Below, in pieces: positions 1 to 13,127 of a stretch of 64,000 bases of DNA. The notes under the pieces were generated by a model that ran no database searches, had not been told where the DNA came from, and saw nothing but the letters and a program-made list of their open reading frames with translations. Made by a program: the position numbers and the translations under genes. The stretch lies in assembly GCA_964188305.1 (NCBI GenBank), contig OZ076895.1; one strand, 5' to 3'. Source of the DNA: Podarcis bocagei (lineage: Eukaryota). Numbering within the stretch: position 1 is the first letter of the stretch; each line of letters opens with the position of its first letter.

Positions 1-84
1 TGAAATGGTTTGAAATTTTGCTTAATTCTGTAAGGAACCATAGTAGAGATGTAATTATTTTCCCTGTAATATTCTGGCTTTCAG

Positions 85-286
85 CAAAGAAAAATTCACA
101 GATGACATTTGAAGGATTTCTAAGATACATGACATCTGAGGAATGCATGGTATTTAAATCTGAGCACAAAACTGTTTACCAGGATATGACCCGTCCACTA
201 TGTGAATACTTTATTTCATCCTCGCACAACACCTACCTCATATCTGACCAGCTAATAGGGCCGAGTCACCTGTGGGGTTATGCAAG
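85..286 (+). CDS. PLCZ1: PLCZ1 segment A exon (end of EF-hand region / start of catalytic X domain)
   Basis: ttctggctttcag acceptor and ag|gtat donor, 202 nt. Encodes (A)[15 protein letters not shown]...[36 protein letters not shown], containing the PI-PLC SSHNTYL motif and the PLCzeta-type 'LWGY'. Confidence 0.95.
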
Positions 287-1526
287 GTATTTGTGCCCAT
301 TTTAAAATAGTAGTTTATCAGGTAGAATAAGTAGTTCAGAGAAGCAGCGCCTCATGTTTTCCTGCCAGATTGCTGGTTGAGAATGTTTTTAAACTTTTAT
401 TTTTAAATAATGTTTTAAAATTGTGTTTAGTTTTTTGGGTTTTTTTAAAATCATTGCTGTGTTTGCTGCCCTGGGCTCTTTCAGGAAGAAAGGCATGATG
501 GAAATCAGATCATACATACATACATACATACATACATAACATGTTCTTCCAACTAGGCCTCTATGTGGGTATTGGCAGGAGGGTGAGTTAGTTGTAGGAG
601 ATTAGGATCCCAGCCAGCTCCTTATGGAATGAATATAAGAAAATGGATGTAGGGGGTGGGTAAATCTGTCAGTTTTGGTTTCTCGATTTCTTATTTTGCC
701 AATCTTAATATCAATTCTCCACATTTCCACATCAGTTTGTGTGGGTGTGTTTAAAAAGTCCTCATGAAAAATCACCAGCATTTTAGTGCATATCTCTCCT
801 ACGACAGACATTTTTATATGCAGTTTTGCCTAATAAACATTTTTTTTGCAGGCAATTTCCTCTTATACAACACATTTTAGTATGTTGCATTCACTAATAT
901 ACTCACTGTTGCCCACTTTCCCCTGGTATATGCATTTTTGCTTTCCATTTGATTGGAGAACTGCACCACAAGGGTTGGAGTGTGAATTAGGTAGATTTGA
1001 CTTTAAATGCAAAGTGGTATAGAAATTCCTCCCTCATTCTTAACTGGATGCAAAGATGCTCAGAGCAGCAAACCAGGGATGTAGTTTCCACCATTGCCTG
1101 GCCCCACTTGTGAGCTTTCATAGTTGGGCAGCCTAAGGGTTGCCTCTAGCTCTGCTTTCTCTGAAAAGCTGCTGTGAGTCAAATGGATCCATGTCCTATC
1201 CTTCAGGTGATGGTTCCTGATGGGAGTGGGAGTTGTGGGGTAGCTTTATTCACAGTGTAAGGTTCTTAGGAGGAGTCAAAGTCAGAGGAAGGCAAAGCAG
1301 ATACCAGGAATGCTGGGAAATATAGATGCTGTGAAAAAATTGCATGCATAAGGAGCACGCATCGCCCAGTAAGCAACTGTATGAAAGCACCCTTTGTCAG
1401 AGAGAAGGGTGCTAGCCAAATCACCTACCTAGGGTGCTATTTTGCATTTGTAGAGATTTGTTCCTTTATTACATATATTCCTCCTTTCTCCAAGGATGAG
1501 GTACCTGGCTCTCCCACTCTCCGTAT

Positions 1527-1672
1527 NNNNNNNNNNNNNNNNNNNNNNNNNNNNNNNNNNNNNNNNNNNNNNNNNNNNNNNNNNNNNNNNNNNNNNNNNN
1601 NNNNNNNNNNNNNNNNNNNNNNNNNNNNNNNNNNNNNNNNNNNNNNNNNNNNNNNNNNNNNNNNNNNNNNNN
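1527..1672. other. Assembly gap
   Basis: Run of N that covers a PLCZ1 splice acceptor. Confidence 1.
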
Positions 1673-1805
1673 AGGATGCCGCTGCTTAGAAATTGACTGC
1701 TGGGATGGACCAAACAATGATCCTGTTGTTTATCATGGACATACATTAACAAGCAAAATTAGCTTTAAGACCGTCATCCAGGTGATCAGCAAGTATGCCT
1801 TTTTG
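1673..1805 (+). CDS. PLCZ1: PLCZ1 segment A exon (X domain), 5' end hidden in the N gap
   Basis: Hand translation [44 protein letters not shown], then a gtagg donor. Contains the catalytic E-x-D and the second His. The acceptor lies in gap 1527..1672. Not in the ORF track. Confidence 0.93.
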
Positions 1806-1991
1806 GTAGGTACATGTGTGACAAATTGGGGGTCAGTTAACAGAGCACAATGACCAAGGTGCGTTTTGGCCATAGATAGAGTATGTGATGGTGTCCTACC
1901 CATGGAACTTTCTCCAAGAATGTTTGCCTGGCACTGACTGTGCAGAGCTATAGGTGAAAAATTCATATTTGCCCAAGCTCTTTCTTATGGA

Positions 1992-2081
1992 TATAGCTGT
2001 CAACATTTCCCATTTTTTAAGGGAAATTCCCTTATTCCAAATAGGATTTCTTGCAAGAAAAGGGAAAAGTTGACAGCTATG
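1992..2081. mobile_element. Short MITE sharing TIRs with 38831..39823
   Basis: atagctgtcaac...gttgacagctat termini with an internal cccttatt. Confidence 0.65.
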
Positions 2082-2704
2082 GTAATTATTTATTGCTGTT
2101 TCTGATTGTTTTCTGAGTTTTATTTTATCTTTATGCTGTTCTCTTACTATTGTTAGTTTTCTTTTCTTTTTTAATTAAGCTGATAATTGCATCCACCACA
2201 GTTGGGAAACTAGATGTTGTTGAATTCCAGTTCCCATCATCCCTGACCATGGGCCACGCTGGCTAGGGCTAATGGGAGACAAGAGTCCAACAACATCAAG
2301 TGAGCTACTGGTTCCCCATCTCTGCAACAGACTTTTGCATATGATTGAAGTCTCCCTGAGCTCGGTGGGACTTCCTTCTGAGTAGGCATCCATAGCATTG
2401 CCGTGTAAATATGCTAATGATATTTGCTTTTTGAATTTTAGCTTTGGGCAAATGAAAGGTGGTGTAGAAATGTCTTAAACTTAATAATGTTAAGAAATAG
2501 TGCATTTCAGGTTTTGCTGTTTTGACCATGTTTGCTGTGGGTGGGTAGGTGAATGAAAATGAATTAGAGAATTCTAAGTGTTGGAAAGGACCTGAAGGTA
2601 ATTTGGCCCATTCCTTAACCATCCCCACAAGATGAAACAAGTTGCAACAGTTAGAAAGCAGAGGTCACCAGAGGGCAAAAAGCCAGCATGTCAGTAGCCT
2701 TCTG

Positions 2705-5700
2705 TTTTTTTTTTTTTTATAAAATTTTTATTGGTTTTACAAAATTTTATAGAACAAACAAACACTTAAAAAGACAAACATACACGTATAATTTCATATC
2801 ATAATTTCATAAACCTCTTTTCTGGGACTTCCCCATACCCCCCCTTTCTGCATCCCAATGTCCATAATTTTATAGCAACTCCCATTTGTTACTTTCCAAC
2901 CTCTGTCATCTTAGTCATCTCTATATTCTGACCTTATATCACTGTATCCCTTTGTTCCTGAAAACCACAACACTCTAACATTCATTAAGTTTATAATAGT
3001 CCTTAAGATAACTTTTAAATTTTCTCCATTCTTCTTCCGCCGTCTCTTTTCCTTGGTCACGGATTCTGCCTGTCATCTCGGCCAATGTCATATAGTCCAT
3101 CACTTTCATCTGCCATTCTTCCAGAGTGGGTAGATCTTGTGTCTTCCAATACTTTGCGATGAGTATTCTTGCTGCTGTTGTAGCGTACATAAAAAAAGTT
3201 CTATCCCTCTTTGACACCAATTGGCCGACAATGCCCAAGAGAAAGGCCTCTGGTTTTTTAGGAAAAGTACATTTAAGTACCTTTTTCATTTCATTATAGA
3301 TCATTTCCCAGAAAGCCTTAATCTTCGGGCATGTCCACCAAAGGTGGTAGAAGGTACCTTCAGTCTCTTTACATTTCCAACATTTGTTATCGGGCAAATG
3401 ATAAATTTTTGCCAGCTTGACTGGGGTCATGTACCACCTATAGACCATTTTCATAATATTTTCCTTTAAGGCATTACATGCCGTGAATTTAATACCGGTG
3501 TTCCATAACCATTCCCAGTCAGCTGACATAATGTTGTGACCAACATCCTGTGCCCACTTAATCATAGCCGATTTGACTGTTTCATCCTGTGTATTCCATT
3601 TCAGCAACAAGTTATACATTCTGGATAAATTCTTAGTATTGGGTTCTAACAATTCAGTCTCTAGTTTTGATTTTTCCATCTGAAAGCCAATTTTCCTGTC
3701 CTGTTTGAAAAACTCCATTATTTGATGGTATTGAAACCAATTTTGTACTCTATGTTTCAATTTCTCATGACTTTGTAATTTCAACTTATCTCCATCTTGT
3801 TCCAAAATTTCCCAATACTTCGGCCATCCGACCTCCATATTGAGTTTCTTCACTGCCTTAGCCTCCACTGGTGACACCCATCTAGGGGTTTTGTTTTCCA
3901 ACAGATCTTTATATCTTATCCAAACATTGAACAATGCTTTTCTAACAATGTGATTTTTAAAGGCACTATGCAGCTTGATTTTGTCATACCATAGATATGC
4001 ATGCCAACCAAAAGCATTGTTAAAACCTTCCAGATCCAAAATGTCTGTGTTCTCGAGGAGCATCCATTCTTTCAGCCAGCAAAAAGCTGCTGCCTCATAG
4101 TACAATTTTAAGTCCGGCAGGGCAAAACCCCCTCTTTCTTTAGCGTCTGTCAATATTTTAAATTTAATCCTGGGCTTTTTGCCCTGCCAGACAAATTTCG
4201 AAATATCTTTCTGCCACCTCTTGAAACATTCCATCTTATCAAGAATCTGCAAGGTCTGAAACAAAAATAACATTCTAGGCAATACATTCATTTTAATCAC
4301 TGCAATTCGGCCTAACATTGACAATTTCAAATTTGACCATATTTCTAGATCTTTTTTAATCTCTGACCAACATTTTTCATAGTTATCCTTATACAAATTC
4401 GCATTTTTGGATGTCAGATAGACCCCTAGGTATTTCACCTTCTTGACCACCGTCAACCCTGTCTCCTCTTGGAATTTCTCTTTTTCCATATCTGTTAAAT
4501 TTTTCCCTAAAACTTTGGTTTTTTGCTTATTCAACTTAAATCCAGCTACCTGGCCAAACTGTTGGATTATTTCCAGGACCTTTTTTGTACTAGTGTTTGG
4601 CTCTTGCAAAGTCAGTACTAGGTCATCTGCAAATGCTCTTAACTTATACTGTTTAGCTCCGACCTGCACTCCTTTAACCTGCTGGTCATTCCTAATCATA
4701 TTCAGCAACACCTCCAGAACTGAAATGAAGAGTAATGGGGAAATTGGGCACCCCTGTCGTGTTCCTTTTTCTATCTTAAGTTCCTCAGTTACTACATTAT
4801 TTACAATCAATTTAGCTTTTTGTTCAGAATATATTGCAGCCATACCATTCTCAAAACCTTGGCCTACCCCCATCCCATGAAGATTCTTTATCATAAAACT
4901 CCAAGAAATATTGTCAAAGGCTTTCTCCGCGTCCACAAAAATCAGTACTGCTTTAGTATTTATATTCACCTCTAGCTTTTCCAAAATGTCTATTATATTC
5001 CTTACATTGTCTGCTAGGTGTCTTTTTGGGAGAAAGCCTGCTTGGTCCTTATGAATCTTCTCCATCAGCACTTTTTAAAATCTTTTTGCCAAAATGTCTG
5101 CAAAAATTTTGTAATCCACATTAAGTAGTGATATTGGGCGGTAGTTCTTCAGTTGAGTCTTTTCAGTCTCTGTCTTTGGTATGAGTGAAATATATGCTTC
5201 TTTCCACGATTCAGGTGCCTTTTTTCCCTCAAGGATCTCATTACAGACTTCTTTTAGTGGTTGAATCAACCATTCCTTCAGCGATTTGTAGTATCTTGAA
5301 GTCAGTCCATCTGGTCCTGGAGATTTGCCCAGTTGCATATTCTGAATGGCAGCCTCTATCTCTTGTTCTGTTATTCTCTGGTTCAGATCCATCTTGCTTT
5401 GATGAGAGATTTTTTGTAATCCATATTTATCAAGGAATTTGTCTATATCTTCTTCATTTTGCGGGCCTTGAGTATAAAGTTTTTTAAAATAACTCAAGAA
5501 GCAATTTCTAATTTCATTAGGTTTAGATATATTCTTTCCATCCACTTCTAGGCTTGTAACTGTATTTAGTTTCTGCCTTTTCTTCAATTGCCATGCCAGA
5601 AGTTTGCCACATTTATTTGCTGATTCAAATGTCTTTTGTTTCATCTGCTTTATCTTCCATTCAATCTCTTGGTTCATCAATTCCATATATTGTGTTTGAT

Positions 5701-5920
5701 ATAACTTAATCTCTCTTAAAATCTCCTGGGACTTTGGTTTTGCTCTTAATTTTTTCTCTCCTTCCTTTATCTTTTCCAAAATCTTTTCTTTTTTCTCATT
5801 TTGTTTTTTCCTCTTTATTGAGTTTTGTTGAATCAAGAAACCTCGCATCACCGCTTTGCTTGCGTCCCAGATCACTCTTTTCTCCACGTCAGCCCTCAAA
5901 TTTATTTCAAAATAGTCTTT
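2705..5920 (-). mobile_element. 5'-truncated L1/Tx1-clade LINE (ORF2 reverse transcriptase + C-terminal CCHC)
   Basis: ORFs 5075..5899 and 2975..5071 are in the same frame, separated by one TAA. Motifs KSPGPDG, YRPISLLNVDYKI, DAEKAFD, GTRQGCPISPLLF, FADD and CWKC...HLWWTC. Poly-A tail at 2705..2718; 20-bp TSD AGCATGTCAGTAGCCTTCTG at 2685..2704 and 5921..5940. Confidence 0.95.
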
Positions 5921-5977
5921 AGCATGTCAGTAGCCTTCTGGCATTTGTTGAACATGTGTGAACATAAACTGTGCAGG

Positions 5978-5978
<1 letters not shown>

Positions 5979-6012
<34 letters not shown>
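5979..6012. repeat. (GT)n microsatellite; other microsatellites: (CATA)n ~511-537, (CAT)n ~6320-6365, (AAAC)n ~14735-14776, (GT)n ~22741-22777, (GA)n ~32350-32372, (CAAT)n ~48180-48218, (ATT)n ~59998-60060 and ~60650-60693, (CCAA)n ~62981-63020
   Basis: Directly visible simple repeats. Confidence 0.95.
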
Positions 6013-6014
<2 letters not shown>

Positions 6015-6318
6015 GGCCAGATCTGCCCCCATCATCTGCACCATCTTTGCCACTCTTGACTTTCCCACTTAATGTAGTAAGGTCAGAAGAGGGATTTTCC
6101 ACATGCTTAGCTGAGACAAGAAGTGGATAGAGAAAGGGCACTCTCTAATAAACACTAAAACTCAGGGGTGTCCAATGATGCTGAATGCTGGAAGACTCAG
6201 TACAGGCAGAATGAGGTACTTCTTAACTCTCATTGCTCATAGTTAACCTATGAAATTCACTCCCACAACAAATAGTGCCAGTCAGTCAAATGTATTTGTG
6301 AAAAACTATTGGTCGTTC

Positions 6319-6356
<38 letters not shown>

Positions 6357-8637
6357 CCACCACCACTTTAACAGCACATGGGGCCCCAATGTTGTACAAT
6401 GAAATTTTGCTTGATCAGTTGGGCTTCTAATATAAAAGTAGAAACCTTATTATGTCATGAATTTATCCTCATCCATCAACAAATGACAGGTTTTCTCCCT
6501 ATTATTCAAAAAAGGAAACTGGAGAATTCTTTTTTAAAAAATAATCCTAGGAGAATTTAACAGGAAGCAATACAGTACATAATGAACAATATTTCCAACT
6601 CTCCTTGGCCACAGTATACAAACATTAGATTTGCAGGTATCCTGGTATATCTCCCACCCAAATATGTTGTGGGTATAGTTTGAAATCTCAAAGCTGTGCA
6701 TACCTTCCTCAACGCATCAACCTGTAATTAAAAACAAAACAAAACTGGAAGACCATGATTGGATTTCCCTGAATAAATTGGTGAGAATTACATATTTGGA
6801 TATGAGATCTACAGTAGCTAACAGAAGGCCCCACTCTTTAACTTCATTTATAATACTTTGCAAATATAGGGGTTGCAATCTTGCACACCATCAACAATCA
6901 GTCTATAATTGATTATATGGATTTCACATTGGCTGGCCCAGCTTTGCTTCAAATAATGGTCTTTTGGGGCAACCTTGAATCTGGCATATGCTGTAATTTC
7001 AACCAATATAGAAGCAAGGCAGTCTGATAATATGGCCAGGAGGGAACCTAACCATGGGATTGTCATCTGGGGAAGTTTGGAGGTGCAGCTGGCGGGAGTG
7101 GCACTAATAGTTCTGCACACTTTCCATGGTTTATACCAGCACAATCTTTTGAAGATGGCCTTGCTCTGCCAGGAAGCTTACTTTATGGCCACAGGCAAGT
7201 TCAATTTCTCATCCTAGCTTACCTCACAGAATTCTCGTGAAGAGAAAATGGGATAATCCGGAGTATTTTCCCTTCAACAAAGGATAAGATGAAATGTGGC
7301 AGATAAACTATTTCCATCTGGTGCCAAGGACAAAAATGAAAGAGGCTTTCACCTGTCAGTCTTAAAACTTTAGCATTTTAAATCAAAAGGCAATCTGGTT
7401 CAGTTGGTTTTGAAGGAGATTACACAGCCAAAAAAATATAAAGTAATTCTTGCACATACCTGGCATTTATTTATTAAGGGAAATCTTGTATACACTTATT
7501 TTAAGGTACTCTTTTCTCTTTGTATATGTCTGGTTGGCACCATAAACTAAAGCAACACAGTGGTGGTTGGTAGCCATTGCGATTGGTAGGGCAGAAGGTA
7601 AAGAGACTAACAGAAGGTGGAACCAGAGCCAAAGTTTTGCCCCAGTCCTGCTATGGCAAAGCTGGTTTAATTGCAAATGAGAGTCAGGCAGGTGGGGATT
7701 TTCTGAGAGCAGAGTGAGGTTGGTGGGGAAGTGACTCATTCACCCTAATGGACCAGTCTCCACTGCAGCAACAATGAAACTTCGGGATAGTAATCTGAAC
7801 ATGACTCACCATATATCCAAATCCTTTACAAGCTGCGGTTTGTAGCTGTAGGGCTGTTTCATGGCCAGTTTTGTTTCCACGTAATGCTCACACACATTTC
7901 CCCATGGAATATCTCTCGGGCTTTCCCACGGGTATAGCTATTTTTGGTCAGTTCCCTTTGCCTTGAAGCTGCCAGCGTCGCATAAATCAGTAGCTGTATC
8001 CAGGATGATCCTAGTTCATATGAGAAATCGCCACATTAATACAGTCCTGAGAATGCTTGAAGGAATATTGTGGGGTGAGGGAAAATGCCTATAGCCAAGG
8101 TCCAGAGAACCATGCTGCTAGTTCCCAAGGGACTTAGGGTGTCTGCTTCTCTTAAGAGCATCTCCCCCCATGCCATACAACAAACTGCTTTTAGAAAAGG
8201 AGTGTGTCTCCTCACCTCACCTCCCAGCCCCCACAAATCTTTTTGTAATATGGCATTGGCCTTACTTGAGTAAAGGGGAATAGCCAGAAAATCCCTTTGG
8301 GGATATCCGAGTTCTTGCGTATGCCTGAAGTAGCTCTTCGAAGTTTAACCTATCACTGATGCACACACATTACAATACCACCACTGGTTCTGTAAGGTAA
8401 AATGTATACCCAAATCCCAGAACAGCACCTGTGTGTGGTCTGTAGCACAAAAGAGAACTGTCGTTTCTTTGAGAGTGGTTGCTTCTGCCTAGACAAATCA
8501 GCTGGGATGTCGCAGTATTGTTTTGTATCTTTATTGCAGATAACAGTGCATGCTTTTCATAGTATTCTTTTCTCTTGTTTTATATTTTCATATTTGTGTA
8601 ACTGGGAATTACAGTATTCATTGAATTGTACTTCCAG

Positions 8638-8790
8638 GTCTCCGATTATCCTCTGATACTGTCTTTGGAGAATCACTGTAGCCCTAAACAGCAGGAAGTA
8701 ATGGCAGATTATCTGACAAATATCCTGGGTGACATGTTGGTTATATCTGCGATTGATGATATAATGCCAACTGAGCTCCCTTCCCCTGAG
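8638..8790 (+). CDS. PLCZ1: PLCZ1 segment A exon (X domain)
   Basis: cttccag|GTC...GAG|gtaac, 153 nt; [26 protein letters not shown]...LPSPE. Confidence 0.95.
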
Positions 8791-11421
8791 GTAACAAAAC
8801 TGAGTTGCTCTTTCATAAAAGATAACAAGGAGGAAATCACTGCAGTTGGCATGGTTATTTCCTAAGAAGTTTATCATGTTCCTCCCATTAAAATATGCAG
8901 AATTAACTACACCTGGAATGCAGTCTGTTTGGTATAGAGTTATTGTACAAATAGAAAACAACCAGTACACTCCACCCCCCAGATTAAGAAGAAAATATGC
9001 GTGTCAAAAAAATCAAGTGTAGACCAAAACATTGGAAATACAATACATTGTAGATTCCCTTGAACCTTCCAGTGCATGTATTCATGATTTATTATTACCC
9101 TAAGGATGATAACACACCTTATATTTGTTATGCGATTTTAGTTATGCGATTCCAAAACAAAAGCCTGCAACATGTCAGAAAGGTACTTGTGTGGAATGCA
9201 TTAAAAGTCTCACAATCTGAGCTCCATATCCCTCATTTGCTTTTCAAAGCAGACTTTAAAATATGCATTCTGGGAGTTTGCACATCCTTTCCCCCCCATC
9301 CTACATCTCCATTCCAGAGTTCTTGAATGAAAACACCAGATAGGCAACTGTACTTACTTGAGGTTGACAAGCATGGCTTGCCATGAAAGCTACTTGGCTG
9401 CAACCTGTTCTCTGTGTTGCCACAGAGAATCAGGACAAAAGAAAGGGGCCAATGACTTCATGCACTATCCTAGCAACTTTTCCCTATGGCAGCTTCAAGG
9501 GATGGCATTTGGAAAAGCTGGGATGGAGCACAACAATTGAGTGATAAAGATCGACACTTTTGTCCCAGCCTTTGTAGTTTAAAGGGCTTGTCTGCACCAG
9601 AGTTTAATGTGGATTTGAAGCTGCTTGTGTCTCTAAACTATTTGTGGCATCCACTCAACATCCCCCTTATTCAAGTGACAGCCCATGAACCACGTGTTGG
9701 CAGTGTGCACGAAAGCCCACCCCATTCTGCCCCCTTCTGGCGCTGAAAACGGTGGTCACTTTAGTGGTCGCGCATGTGCTGAAGTCACACAAATGGTGAG
9801 TTTCCTGTAGCAATAATGTGCGAAAAGGATCCCAGACCATTTGAATTTGAAAGGTAGCTATTTGAATAGTTTTATTTGCACAGTCCCAGTTTTTTATTTG
9901 GAGATTTGCCCACTGTTAACAAATACGTTCTAATTTTAAACCAGGAGTGAGCAACGCAGACCCAGGTGTTGAATGCTGCTGCCCTCCAGACCTCTCTGTT
10001 TGGCCCCTAGGGTTCTCATTGTGCCACATCCCTCACTTCCCTACTCTGTGCCCTCTTCAACTGCTTTTTGCTGGAATGTGTCCTTGGGCTGTAATAGAGG
10101 CAACTCCCCATTTGTGTGCGTCCAGGATATGCATGACCACGTGCCCTTTTTTGCACCAAAAGAGGGTGGAACAGTGGGAGGGCAGACGTGATGGGTGTCT
10201 CACTGTCGCACATGGTGCCTTGGAATGCAACCGCCATGTAAATGGGGAGTTGCCTGTAATGCTATTTGCTTGCCTGGATGAACAGATGAGTGTGGGGAGG
10301 TGTGTGGGCTGACATGCATGGCTGGAACAGAGGTTATTGTAGAAAAGTGAGAGTCACACCTGTTGCTCCACACTTTTGCCTTTGACCCCACCCACCATGG
10401 TGAGCATGTCCCCCCCCCCCGCCGCCCCTTGAAGGTTGTCCACAAGGAAATGTGGTGCTCAGGCTGCCATTGCATGTTTACAGCAACCTGATCAGCACAA
10501 GAGTTTAAACATGCAACTTTGGCAATTGGATGGGTTTTTTTATTTAAAAAAAAAGGAGAAGAAATGGGCTAAAGCCATCTCTTTCAGCTACGGTACACCA
10601 TTAAAACCTACACGGGAGTACAGTGTAATACTTTTTATGAGGAGAATTTAATCATACAGATGCTCAGCAGTACTGTTCTTAATTGCAAAAAAGGAACAAA
10701 TGGATCAGGAGAGAATTACAGATATAAAGCAGAACTCTTGGGAAATAATGCCATCTTGCAAGTACTGTTCACGTTTCTTGATTTCAGGTGGAAAGGGATA
10801 TAAATAACTTTAAATGCACTGCAGAACTCAAAAGATTTGCTGTAAATTGATTCAGGAGGTATGAGGACTTTGGAGGGGGCTGGAATTCCAGTTATTGTAA
10901 AATCAGAGTACCTGCCCTTTCTTTTCTCCTGTGCTATGGAAACTCAAAATGTGCTCTTTTGTCTGTGTGTCTTTTCTTCCTGTGTCATACCTCATTCAAG
11001 CCAAATTTTCACTAGAAATGTGAAAAATACCATCAGGATTCATTTGATCAAGATGATAATGCTTGCTTCGTATCTCCTGGCTCAAACTCAGGCAACCTCT
11101 GAGTTTAACATGTGAGGAAAAACCAACAAACAAAGCAAACACCTCAACAGCACAGCAAGCAGTGCCAGTGAACAGCTAGTCATGTGTTAGGCACAGCTTT
11201 GGGCTAACAGCAAAATAGGAACCCATGAGTCTCCAGAGATTCTTGGATGTTGTCTCCCATTGCCCCGACCATTGGCCATGCTGGCTGGGACTGATGGGAC
11301 TTGGAGCAACATTTTCTGGAGGCCCATAAGTTCTGGATCACTGTCTTCCATTTTTATTACTTTTTCTTCTTCCTTCTTGTGTTATGTATGATTCTTAATA
11401 CCTACTGCTTTCTTATCACAG

Positions 11422-11643
11422 TCACTGAAATTCAAAATAATGATTAAAAATAAGAAAATTGGGACACTTGAAGAAACGCTTGCAAGGAAGGGCACGGATA
11501 GCCATGGTCAGACAGGGGAATTTGAAGAGGAAGAAACAAGCGATGAGGAGCTGGACGACAACCCTTCGCACCCCAAGCAACCGCTGCTGAAAAAGAGAAG
11601 GGCACGCTGGAAAGGCTCAGCTCCACCTCGGAAAAAACAAAAG
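11422..11643 (+). CDS. PLCZ1: PLCZ1 segment A exon (end of X domain + XY linker)
   Basis: tcacag|TCA...AAG|gtatga, 222 nt; [24 protein letters not shown]...[12 protein letters not shown]...KKRRARWK...PPRKKQK. Confidence 0.92.
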
Positions 11644-12970
11644 GTATGACCTGAAGTCATGTCTAGTTAGATCCTGGGTTTAAAACCTACCAGAAAGCAA
11701 ATACACCAGCCCTCCCTCCTCTTTTTGACATCTTTTTCACTGCTCTAAGATTTACTGCAATGTGCTCTGTGTAGGGTTGCCCTTTGGTCCTGAGGCGGCA
11801 GCTAGTGTAACACCATCACAAAACACCTTCCTGTTGCATTTGCTCTGGCTGCCAATTTGCTACTGAGCCAAGTTCAAAGATCTGGGGCTAATGTAGAAGG
11901 TCTTTGCAGCACATGGCCAGGTTGCTTGAGAGACTGCCTTCTCCCCTCTATTTCCAGGAAGTCAGTGTGTTCTGCAGGGGAGCTTCTCCTTAAGTCTGAA
12001 GCTAGTGGATGCCTGCTCTACAGTAACTCAGAGCAGGGCTTTCAGTGTGGTTGCCCCTGTTTTGTGAAACAGTATCCCCTGTCAAGATACGACAGGTGCC
12101 AACTACCTGCACTTCCTGCAAACAACTGTCTGCAGCCTTAATCAGTATGTTCCATATTGTATAGTTTAACCATTAAGTGTTACACAGAAAGGATGCAAAT
12201 GTTGTTTTACAGATCTTCGGTGCGGTATAGTAGTTAGACACCGTATATTTAAAGAACATCCCCCCACCCCTAAGAATCCCGAGAATAGTAGTTTACCTCT
12301 AGCAGAGCTGCAGTACTCAGCACCCTTAGCAGACGATAGTCCCTAGGATTCTTTTCGAAGGAAAATGTGCTTTAAAATGTATAGCGTGTATCAGGAATGC
12401 CAACTTGGTTGTGACTGTGGGTGCCTGTGGCTGTGGGTGCCGTGCAGTGTGCATGGTCCTGGTACCAAAATTCATGGGTGCCGGGCCCCTTCATGAGGAA
12501 CTTTGTGGGTGCTTGGGCACCCAGGGCCCCAGGGAGTTGGCACCTGTGGTGTGCATGCAGCTTCAGAATGGGATCGGGAAAACATGTTCATATCCCTATT
12601 CATGAAGCTGGCTAGGCTAAGTCACTATCTTTCAGTCTAGACTACTTCTTAGGGTTGCTGTGAAGATAAAGAGAAGGGAATCCATGTATGCTGCATTGAG
12701 CAATGAAGGTAGAAAACATATATGAATAGTGATTTGACTATGAGTTGCAGCCAACTGAATTCTACTCAGAGTAGACCTATTGAAATTAATGGACTTAGTT
12801 TTGTTTCGTTATTTAATTTTAATGAGTTTAACTCAGAGTGTGATTGACATTGAATAGAACCCCTTTCCTGGTGTGCTTTCAACAGAAATTGACATCTCAG
12901 TTGAAACTGAGATAGTATCTTTAAAAAAACATATTAACAAACCTTCAGTCATCTCCCATATTATTTATAG

Positions 12971-13127
12971 ATGAAGAAAATAAAGATTGCCTTGGCACTG
13001 TCAGAACTTGTGATTTATACCAAATCTCGGAAGTTTGTAAGCTTTGAAGACTCAAGAGAAAAGCAGTTTTTTTATGAAAACAATTCAATTGGTGAGCTAA
13101 AAGCCCGAAAGCTGGCAAAACTCGCAG
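12971..13127 (+). CDS. PLCZ1: PLCZ1 segment A exon (start of Y domain)
   Basis: tttatag|ATG...GCAG|gtaatg, 157 nt; [25 protein letters not shown]...[17 protein letters not shown]. 'ENNSIGE' is PLCzeta-typical. Confidence 0.95.
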
